Source: Candidatus Heimdallarchaeota archaeon (GTDB lineage: Archaea; Asgardarchaeota; Heimdallarchaeia; JABLTI01). From it: DNA of 45,508 bases. Below, piece by piece: positions 1 to 9,000 of this stretch. Each line of letters opens with the position of its first letter. The stretch's first letter is position 1. The stretch is from contig DXJV01000021.1 of NCBI GenBank assembly GCA_019056785.1, forward strand, positions 1-45,508, written 5' to 3'. Under the pieces are notes generated by a model that did not search any database, was not told the DNA's origin, and saw nothing but the letters and a program-made list of their open reading frames with translations. A program made the position numbers and the translations under genes.

Positions 1-364
1 GCCCTGATGGTTCTTTTCTCGCTTTACAATACAAACTCACCGTGTTCCCACCTTCAAACGAGTCGCCTTCCTTGACTTTTCAGATTCAAAGAAATATGTC
101 GATATTTATTCCCCTCGGTGGTCGCCTAATGGTCAATTTCTTGCTGTGAGTTGTGGGGATGGCCGGGTGCGTATTTGGTGGATCGCTGATTAGTCGGTTA
201 TCCACATGTTAAAACTGCATGGTTATTGGTTGGAAGCAGAATATCAAGTGGCCTTTAGTCCTGATAGCTGATACTTGATCAGTGGTGGTTTTGGTTCGGC
301 AAAATTGCTCTCGACAGCTAATTGGGAAGAAATTTATCAAAATCGCTTTTATTTATATAAGTAA
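1..364 (+). pseudogene. 3' end of a decayed WD40-repeat protein gene
   Basis: Frame 3 starts PDGSFLAL. After a frameshift, frame 2 reads YSPRWSPNGQFLAVSCGDGRVRIW...AD*SVIHMLKLH...VAFSPDS*YLISGGFG...YK*. These are WD40 blade motifs interrupted by TAG 191-193 and TGA 269-271. Not in the ORF track. Confidence 0.8.
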
Positions 365-454
365 GTCAAATGATTCTATGAAGAAAATGGAAGAGAAGAA
401 GCTTTCAACTCTTCCTAGAAGCATTCAGTAAGTCTATCGTCAAATTTCTTATGT

Positions 455-2320
455 TTAAGTCTGTTTTCTTCTTCGGGTTATTACTGTCGTTGCCCACCAG
501 ATCCCTATGTTGGCTCCAAGTAGACTGCAAATGACTGTCAAGATTGGAAGTGCTGCATTGGTTGTGTAGTTTCCGTAGCCGGCTTTGCTTAAATATTCTT
601 TGGCAAGAGAATAGTCGTGAGAGTAGCGAATGATGTTGGGATTCAACCAGATACCCATTGTTGCATAGATTGGATAGTGGGAGATTTCTTCTTCTCCAAA
701 AAAGACCATTCGATTAATCTCTTCTTTGTTAATGGCATAAGCGATTGCTTTTCGAACAGCAAGTCCTTTAGTGAGAGATGGATCTTCGTCACATGGTTCT
801 CGGTTCCCAATGATGGTTCTTTCTTCACGTAAATTGAAAGCCAAGAATTCCATCTGTTGGACTAATTTTGACTGGACGTTAAAATTGTTATTATTTGAGT
901 ATTCAACTCTCTTTTCTCGATAATTGCTCACATCGGCGATATCTATATGTCCAGATTCAAATTTCATCAATTCTTCATAGGGATTCATTATTATATAAAT
1001 TTTCAACTTCTCTAGAGCCCAAGTAGTTCCAAATCGTCTTTCAAAGTCCATACCTGTTTTGTCTACTGAAGGGTCAAGAAGCCAGCAATCATTGAATCGT
1101 GTTAAGGTTGTGCAATAGCCTTCTTGAAAGTCATTAAATTCGAATAATCCTGTACCAAAGGGATGTTTTGAAAAAGTAGTCCATGAAGGATGGGAAGTAT
1201 CAGGGTGACCAAAATGTTGCGTTTGGTTCAGATAGTGTTCGGGTAGAATTCTTTCTGTTAAGGCATTTAAGAACAGCGCGCTTGGCTCATTTTCTGGTGT
1301 GCTAGGATCGCCATCGATAAAAAAGTCAATCGTATATTTATCGATAATTTTCATGTCATCTATCCAAGCTATTTCTGGAAGGATACTACTGTAAAAATAG
1401 GTTAGCATATAATAGGTGAAGTAAACATCATATGCATCAAATTCTTCATTAGGAAAGAGCCCATCTGGATCGAGCTGCCATTTAATTCCCTTTCGAAGGT
1501 GTATGCGCAAATGTGTTTCATTTAATAATTCCCAGCTTGAAGCAAGATGCGGCCATGCTTTTAGATTAGCATCATATGAAACCAATGGCTCTAAAATAGC
1601 ATTTGTGATAAATTCGGAGGCACTACCTTCTTGGGTTAGCGGATTTAAGTCTGCCCAAGAAATATCTGCAATTGCAAGTTCTTTATCTGAAAGTTGGCCA
1701 GAATGAAGCCCATCAAAAGACATTTTCCCCCAAGATTGAATGATTCCTTCTGTAGAATTATACCCTTGTAAGTTGCTCCAAGAGGCATAGTATGATCTTG
1801 GCGTGAAAAATGGTATGCACGGAAGAATCTTATCCATTAGGTAGTTCTCCCATTCCCAGTAGTGTTGGATGCGTTCTTCTCTGGGCATAATTAAAGTACC
1901 TTGTTTTATGTACCATTCGTTCCTTCCTGTTCCCAAATCGTCGTCCCAGTCCATGCTTGTATCATAACCGAAGAGGTTTAGCGGACCGTTTTGATTATAA
2001 ACACCAGTGAAATCTGGGTCTGTACCGCTACCAACAATGTCGATAAAGCAAAGGTCAAACCTATGTAAAAAGAGTATCTCGCGAATAAGAACAACCCAGT
2101 CAATGATGTGTATCTTAAGGTTAATCCCTATCGGTGCTAATTGTTGTGCAACAAGATTCAGGATGTCCGCTTTTTCTCCTGAGATGGTTATAGCCTTTAA
2201 AGTGAAAAAGGGTTCGATGGCTTTAGTAGGTCTTGAAAAGCTCGGAGAAAGACTACTGCAGATAATAATGATCAGGAAAAAGGTTAATTTGAAATGTCTT
2301 GAATTTTTATCCCGTTTCAT
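455..2320 (-). CDS. Family-5 (OppA/DppA-like) ABC solute-binding protein, circularly permuted, with C-terminal membrane anchor
   Basis: Signal peptide; motifs DLNPL..ILEPLVSYD..PHLASSWE..LRKGIKW, PFGTGLF, VRKAIAYAINKEEI, AKEYLSKAGY; QQLAPIGINLKI..DW segment at the N-terminus; C-terminal TM plus RRRK; GGAG upstream. Confidence 0.9.
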   Translation of the reverse strand: MKRDKNSRHFKLTFFLIIIICSSLSPSFSRPTKAIEPFFTLKAITISGEKADILNLVAQQLAPIGINLKIHIIDWVVLIREILFLHRFDLCFIDIVGSGTDPDFTGVYNQNGPLNLFGYDTSMDWDDDLGTGRNEWYIKQGTLIMPREERIQHYWEWENYLMDKILPCIPFFTPRSYYASWSNLQGYNSTEGIIQSWGKMSFDGLHSGQLSDKELAIADISWADLNPLTQEGSASEFITNAILEPLVSYDANLKAWPHLASSWELLNETHLRIHLRKGIKWQLDPDGLFPNEEFDAYDVYFTYYMLTYFYSSILPEIAWIDDMKIIDKYTIDFFIDGDPSTPENEPSALFLNALTERILPEHYLNQTQHFGHPDTSHPSWTTFSKHPFGTGLFEFNDFQEGYCTTLTRFNDCWLLDPSVDKTGMDFERRFGTTWALEKLKIYIIMNPYEELMKFESGHIDIADVSNYREKRVEYSNNNNFNVQSKLVQQMEFLAFNLREERTIIGNREPCDEDPSLTKGLAVRKAIAYAINKEEINRMVFFGEEEISHYPIYATMGIWLNPNIIRYSHDYSLAKEYLSKAGYGNYTTNAALPILTVICSLLGANIGIWWATTVITRRRKQT

Positions 2321-2625
2321 AATATCCCACTCCTATTATCATAAAAAATCTTAATACTAAAAAATATTCCGCTTAACTGCTTAATAAGTGCCTTTAACCA
2401 AAGAACACTTTAATTGCTCAAAGAGATTAATATACTGGCATTTTTTCCGTTTAAGAGAACTAGATTCTAAATACGCAATGTTGAAAATCGAATAGTCTAA
2501 CTTTTTTTCACTAAAATACTAAATCATCTTTTTAAATTATTTATTGAAAAAAACAGATGAAATTCTCTGCCTTTGAGAGGAAGTGTGAGGTATGAGTTTT
2601 GAAGCAGAAATTACTGGTAGCTTCG

Positions 2626-2859
2626 TCATATATCCATCTCAATTTGACTTGTGAATTTGAGTTTGGTATTAAATGCAGGGAAATAATCATCAAGGATCCC
2701 AAGTGCTTTGATGATCATTTGTGATTCATTATTAAGGAGCGAAAATTCTCTTGGGTTAGAAATTCCTGCCTTAATACTTGCTGGCTCTATACTTAGCAAA
2801 CAAATTAAGACGCAAAAAAGAAGCACAAAATGTTTGCTAAAATTTTTTTTAATCTTCAT
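2626..2859 (-). CDS. Short secreted-protein ORF, possibly a truncated gene remnant
   Basis: ATG 2859 preceded by AGGTGGT; basic plus hydrophobic signal peptide (MKIKKNFSKHFVLLFCVLICLLSIEPASIKA); only about 45 residues follow. Confidence 0.4.
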   Translation of the reverse strand: MKIKKNFSKHFVLLFCVLICLLSIEPASIKAGISNPREFSLLNNESQMIIKALGILDDYFPAFNTKLKFTSQIEMDI

Positions 2860-3210
2860 TATTAAAATTACCACCTAATAAATTACTTTTTTTTGATAGC
2901 ACTTCATAAAAATAAACATGAATAATCTTTCACTTTAGCCAATATTTTATATATTTTGGTTGTGCTAAATAACGGCTTTTTTTCGGAGGATATTTATTCT
3001 CTTGGTGCTTACTCCCTTAGTTGCTTATTACTTAAAGGTCTCCCTTATTTTTGGTAAAGGTTGGTTTGCGCTATTTCGGTTTTTTTATCTTAGGATGTTT
3101 ATGACAAAGCTATTGCTATTAAAATTTAACAAACCTAGAAAAAAAAGTTTAAGAAACGGTTATTGTATTGAACCGTCTTTAATATCTTTAATAAAGTTTA
3201 TAATTTTTTT

Positions 3211-5865
3211 TCATGTGGCGCACTTTTTCTTTCGCACTTTCACAACAATAACTATTGTAAGGATGCCGATAATTAATCCTCCAGCACCAGCAGTAAGGTA
3301 TGGCCACCATTGTTTGAAGAAGTTTGCAACTTGTTTTGTCCATGGTACAGGGTTGGAAACAGTATAAGTGTAGGTTTGGATAGCTTCATTGCCGGCATTG
3401 TCTCTTAAAATGAAGGTTATACTATATTTGCCATTCTCAAGTTGCTCGGTATTCCAAGTGACATTTTCGATAGTTGCTCCAGAATAGAGAAGCGTTCCAT
3501 TTACATCCACTTCAAACGATCCGATGCCACTGCCAATATCGCTGCCGGTAACATTAAACTGCACCGTGCCATTAATTGTAGTTAATACAGGGGCTTGGAT
3601 GTTGAGCTCAGGGTTTACAGAATCACGGATAATTATTTGGTAAGGATTGACATCGCTTCCCAAAAAGCTACTGAAACCATGGCTATCAACAGCAAAGAAG
3701 TAGTACTCAACTTCGGTGTTCCAATCAAGAGGGGGAAGTGTTACTTGATAGGCTGTCCCTTGGAATGTCATTGATTCTTCTTGCCAAGAGAGACCGTTAA
3801 GCCGGTAATAGAAGATAACCTCTTGAACTGCAAAATTATCTATTGCCTCTATGGAGAATACGATTGAATCATAATATTCGGGTTCTGAAGGCGAAACTGT
3901 GGGGTTGTTGATTTCAGGCGGTTGAATGTCTCTGACGAATTGTATATCATCATAAATTGTTTCAACGACAGAATTTCCTGTGGCATAACTTCCAAGTTCA
4001 ATACCTATTATGTACCAGTTGTTCTCTCCAAAAGCATCGAAAACATCGTTAGAAACATTTCGGAAGAGGTTGTTCCAATTACCAGTCATATTGAAATTCT
4101 CAACAAAATAGAAAACATTAGTGGAAGTGTTTACAAAAGAACTTGAAGCTGCAGAGCCTAAAATGTAATTAACGATATTTGTTTCATTAATTATAAACTT
4201 AATAGAGCTATATGCATTGCCATCAATAATTAACTTGTTAATCTTCCACCAGAAATCGGTATAAAGATTGTGTTCTACGTGAAGAAATGTTCTTCTGTAG
4301 CAGTATTGATAGTATTTATTATTATATGATGAAATGTTTGCTGCATAGAAACCACTATGTGCATCTTCGGTTCGATTAGTGTACTCAGCGCTTGTGCTAT
4401 ACCAAGTAATCAGTCCATTGTTGGAAAGCCAATCAAAACAGTTCTCAAAGCCTGGATCAGCTGCTGGATAGGTGATGAATTGGAGGTCATCAACTAATAG
4501 GTTAGCATATGTATAAGACTCAGAATACAAATACAGATAATATTCTAATTGATAGAAACAAAGGTTCTTCAAGTTTAAACTGTCTAGTAGGGTGAAGATA
4601 TCTATACTGAAATGATGCCATGTATTGGTTAACTCATATCCTGGTGCTCCCAGAACAATTAGTTGATAAGTGCTCGAAGAGTAATTTGAATAATGGAGGT
4701 CACCAGTATTAGTTCCCAAACAGAAGTAAATGTCAATACTTTTAGTCATATTACCAAAATGGAGCAAAGCAAAAGCATATTGTGGATTGCTGCCTGAAAT
4801 AGTGTGATTACTAAATTTCCAATCGAAATTCAAAACAAGGTCATCGGGTTTGTTCACATACAAGCCATCATAATAGCCACTCCAAGAGGTAAAAGTATAT
4901 TTAATGAGAGAAGTGTAGCTATAAGAAGAGGGTCGTTTTGTGCTTACAGTCAAATTCGCAGCCCGATTCCCCTCTCTGTAATCTAAAGAAGTTAATCGTA
5001 TCGAAGAAGGTGAGCGATTCGTATTAGTCCAATATTGACCGGTACCATACTCAAAATCTCCGTTTAGGTGGAGAAAATCATAGGAAGAGCTGTTAACTAG
5101 ACTCGTATCATCTATGAGAAGTTCAGTTGCGCCGGTGGGGTTAATTGGAGAGGTTATATAAAAGTAAAGATAAAAAGCACACGTGTTGCTGTCAATAGGA
5201 ATGCCAAAAGCATCTATAAAGTCTTGTGTGAGATTTCGATGAAGATTCACCCAACTACCAATGGGCACACGCGCATCAAAATAGGCAAAAAAGGTGTTGT
5301 TACCAGGAAGACTATTTGCTGAGAAATAATAATTGAGATAATAACTATATGAAGATGTTTGAACAGTAATTCGGCAATAAGCGCTACCTCCGTTAAGAAT
5401 ATCAGGGTTTGCTTTCATTTTATACCAGAGGTTCAGAATAATGCCTTGTTCAAGGTAAGGGATGTTACCATCTCGTCCTAAAAACCGATAAGCATTTTCA
5501 GTTTTTGCAGTTTGATCTGTGGCTTTAACACTTAAATAATAGCCGTAGGAACCGGAATGGGCATCATCTTGATAGGAAGCATTTAGTATCACATCGGCCG
5601 TAATGATAAAGGGATAATACTTTGGTACTCCACCAGCTAAAGGATCGGCAATCTCAAAACCGCCATTTTCCACAATATTTGCTTTGATAACTTCCGTTCC
5701 ACCAGGAGCTTTCATCCGTGGAAAGTTTTCTCTAATTATTGGCATATCTTTTTGAACCTCATGAGAAGACAAACTTCTAGTTCTATAGTTAGTGAAGGAG
5801 ACAAGAAAGAATGAAGAGATAAAAAGACATAATGTTATAAGAGTAATGATTTTTTGTTTTTTCAA
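3211..5865 (-). CDS. Membrane-anchored surface protein with repeated CBM-like (galactose-binding jelly-roll) modules and C-terminal Ig-like domains
   Basis: TTG start with GGTGA upstream; signal peptide; three repeats opening NGGFE/NGDFE/DPGFE with DAHSG-like and DD-terminal motifs; Ig-like domains; C-terminal TM plus VRKKK; many N-x-S/T sequons. Confidence 0.75.
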   Translation of the reverse strand: MKKQKIITLITLCLFISSFFLVSFTNYRTRSLSSHEVQKDMPIIRENFPRMKAPGGTEVIKANIVENGGFEIADPLAGGVPKYYPFIITADVILNASYQDDAHSGSYGYYLSVKATDQTAKTENAYRFLGRDGNIPYLEQGIILNLWYKMKANPDILNGGSAYCRITVQTSSYSYYLNYYFSANSLPGNNTFFAYFDARVPIGSWVNLHRNLTQDFIDAFGIPIDSNTCAFYLYFYITSPINPTGATELLIDDTSLVNSSSYDFLHLNGDFEYGTGQYWTNTNRSPSSIRLTSLDYREGNRAANLTVSTKRPSSYSYTSLIKYTFTSWSGYYDGLYVNKPDDLVLNFDWKFSNHTISGSNPQYAFALLHFGNMTKSIDIYFCLGTNTGDLHYSNYSSSTYQLIVLGAPGYELTNTWHHFSIDIFTLLDSLNLKNLCFYQLEYYLYLYSESYTYANLLVDDLQFITYPAADPGFENCFDWLSNNGLITWYSTSAEYTNRTEDAHSGFYAANISSYNNKYYQYCYRRTFLHVEHNLYTDFWWKINKLIIDGNAYSSIKFIINETNIVNYILGSAASSSFVNTSTNVFYFVENFNMTGNWNNLFRNVSNDVFDAFGENNWYIIGIELGSYATGNSVVETIYDDIQFVRDIQPPEINNPTVSPSEPEYYDSIVFSIEAIDNFAVQEVIFYYRLNGLSWQEESMTFQGTAYQVTLPPLDWNTEVEYYFFAVDSHGFSSFLGSDVNPYQIIIRDSVNPELNIQAPVLTTINGTVQFNVTGSDIGSGIGSFEVDVNGTLLYSGATIENVTWNTEQLENGKYSITFILRDNAGNEAIQTYTYTVSNPVPWTKQVANFFKQWWPYLTAGAGGLIIGILTIVIVVKVRKKKCAT

Positions 5866-5990
5866 AATTTTTCACCAAATTTTGTTTATAAGTTAGTATT
5901 TGTTAACAACTTTAAAAAGTGTTTTCTGAATGTGCTGGCATTTAAGAAAACAAGACATAAACATGAATTTTTAAAAAGTGAAAGAGTAAA

Positions 5991-6037
5991 GAAATAAAAA
6001 AAAGAAAAAAGGCGACGAGGAATTCTTTAAACTCCTC
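5991..6037 (-). terminator. Probable terminator of the S8 protease gene (hairpin plus oligo-T)
   Basis: GAGGA...TCCTC inverted repeat at 6017-6037 followed on the minus strand by T-tracts (A-run 5991-6010), just past the stop at 6052. Confidence 0.5.
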
Positions 6038-6051
6038 AGTAAGTGTTAAAA

Positions 6052-9000
6052 CTAGTGCTCCTTTTTCTTCTTAGAAAGTAGAAATACAATCGGTAACAAT
6101 ATGAACAATGGTAAAATAAGAGCATTGTTTTCTGTAACAGTATTTCGTATTGAGAAGGGTTGATCACAGACGTCAGAACTATTTGTCGTACCATCGCTTA
6201 CAATTATCCTTAAAAGATAATCGTCTCCATCGGGGACTTCTGTAGTGTCCCAATAATATTCGTTACCTTGGACATTAAATGCTATTGTTAACCAATTTTC
6301 TCCGTCCCAGAGTTCAATAGTGAAATCCAGTGGGTCATCTTCCCAGTCGAAAGCAGACCATCGTATATCCACCATTCCATACAGTTCGCCCCCATTGTTG
6401 GGTTCGAGCAAAGTGACTTCGGGAGGATCATTTCTGTATTGAACCCATTCGACAGCATTAATGATCATTCTATGGAGGAATTCGTTATTCCAGTGCTCTC
6501 CATCATAAAAATGAACGGCCCTTCCGGCGTTTGTTGTACTATATGCCCCTACAAGATAAATGGTTTGCGAAAGATAAGTTGCTTTGACTATGGGAACGTA
6601 ATTACTCCAAGCACTCGAGGAACTGACTGTTGAGCGATAGGCACAAAAGTCGTTGACTGTGAATGACAACCTCATATAACCTCGTTTCAGGTAGTGTTGG
6701 GTGTTAAGAATCATTGCTGTTATTGAAGAGCTCTCAGCAATAAGATAGTCAAAAAAGCCAGACGTGCCCTCTGCTTCTGGAACAAAAATTCCTGCCCAGT
6801 TAAGAAAAGTAGCGCTCTGGCCAAAAGTAATCACATTCCCAAACGCTCTTGCCCAAGCTTTTACTTCCAGTGAGGCATCATTATTTGGAAAATTGTTAAT
6901 TAAAATGAGCACTGAAATATCTAACAATGCAGTACCCGAAAGATCAGCATTTGTGACAATTCTGGTGGTAAATCCTTCGTTTTCAAGACCAGTTTGAATT
7001 GTTTGGTAATCATTTTTCCATGAAGAGAGAGGATTAAAGTAAGCTGGTTGGTCAGCCCCGTCAGTATTTAATATTGCTACAATCCCCGTTGCCACATTGC
7101 AAGCCTTTACGAGTGTGATTATCCGATTATTCATGATTGCTATCTCTTCTCCAGAAGCTTGCACGAAAACAGTAATGTTATATGTTCCTATGGTTGATGG
7201 AAGCCATTGGTAGTTAAATGTTCGCTGACTCGAGGGAGCTAGAATAGTAGCAGTCTCTGTCTTCACTTTGAGATCATTGATTAAGAGTGAAAGTTCCACA
7301 TTGGTTTCTTCATTTAATCCAATGTTCTCCACAGAATATGCGATTGTTTGTGCTTTGTTAATTTCCACATACCTATCGCTAATCTCGAGAGTGACAGAAA
7401 GGTCGTGTTGTTTGTTCTCCATGTTAAATAATAAGGCAAAATCCTTAGCTGTTTTAAGTGGAAAAGTATAGCTGTTGTAAAAAGTACTCATCAAGCCATA
7501 ATTTAAGCCTACTGTTGGAGAACGAACTTCCATGATTTGATCATATTGGAAAAGGATTTCTCCCGACTCGTAAAGGATGACCTCAAAAGTTCCAGCAAGA
7601 ACCCCTGTAGAATATTCCATGTTTACATAACCAATTACCAATCGGTTTGGATTAGTAAGTGAAAGAACATAAAAATCGCCGGTGGCAACCATTTGATCCC
7701 AGAAGGGAGCTATAAGATAATAAAAACGACTGTCGTCAGAGGGGAAAGGAACATTACTACCCCACCATGGATAGCTATAAGAGAAAGAGAGCAAACCATT
7801 TGAACCCACATAGACAGCATCAAACTTCCGGTCATAAAATTGGAATTGGAATGGTAAAGTGACCTTAATTGCAGAATTATAGGTGAGAGGCAAAAGCGTT
7901 CCAATAGTCGGGTCCACCCAATCAAAAGTATACTCTGTTATCATATGATAATTGCTTACTACTGAACCATATTTTGTCTCAATGTTATTTACGAGTATCT
8001 GCTCTCCTGGCACGGCAGCAGCTTTTGCCGTAAAGTTATAGAAGCCATGTGAAACAGGTCTCCATGTGTAAGAGAGAGTTAATAACTCTTGGGGGGCAAT
8101 AGTAGAAATGGAAAAATTGGTGGCTAATTCCCCTTCAATGAAAAGTTCTACCTGAACATTTGTTTCTATAGCTGCTCCACCATTATATAGGGTGATATTT
8201 ACTTCGGTGTCTTCATTGATAGTAGCATAGATTTCTTTAACATGGAGAATTATGTCATGAGTTGGTCGATCCCAAGAGAGGAGGTTTTTAAGTAAGATGT
8301 CATTATCTCTTGTATAGGGCATGAGGTTAATGTTACTAGCAATCACACAAAAATGTCCTCCACCGACTTCTGCAGAGGCACCAATAATGTGTTCCGAGGA
8401 ATTATCCCATAAAAAGGGAGTGGCCATTTTGGAAACCACCAACTCTTTATTGGTAAACGAGGGGAAGTAAAGACTTGAGACACCTTGGAGTAGAGGATGA
8501 TGTGGGTCAAACTGTATTGTTTCACCAGAAAGGCTCGGGATGGAGTTACTGCTGATGCCAAATTTCAATCCAAGGTTTTCGACAACATTTGGAAAAGATG
8601 CTGGACCATTAAGCGATACAAAGGTACCCCCAGCAATAATGAAATTCTCTACCGCATCAATTTCACTCGAAAGCCATGGGTCACCACCAAAACTCACGAA
8701 GACTACTGAGAAACAGCTTAAAAGGTCAACAGTTATACGTGAATAGAGGTCATATGTTTCATTTCCGTTATTTTGGTAGAAACTTTCGAGGGAGAATTCT
8801 GTTTCGCCGTGGGAATAAATAAATGCTATAGAGTTGCTGGGGTCAGGCACGCTACAAATAGTAGTATAATTATTGTCTATGAGCAGAGTCTCACCGGCTA
8901 CTGGAGAAACAGCCACCCTAATGGAATATTTATAGTACGCATGAGGAGTCCATAAATAACTATCCTGTGCCTCCGTTCCAGATAGAAGAGAAGGCAATGT

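Noticed and set aside
3002-3367. 121 aa plus-strand ORF and the many other short antisense ORFs in the track (e.g. 10450..10821, 18392..18769, 26564..27031, 44865..45251)
   Set aside because: Shadows of well-supported genes on the opposite strand, with no motifs.
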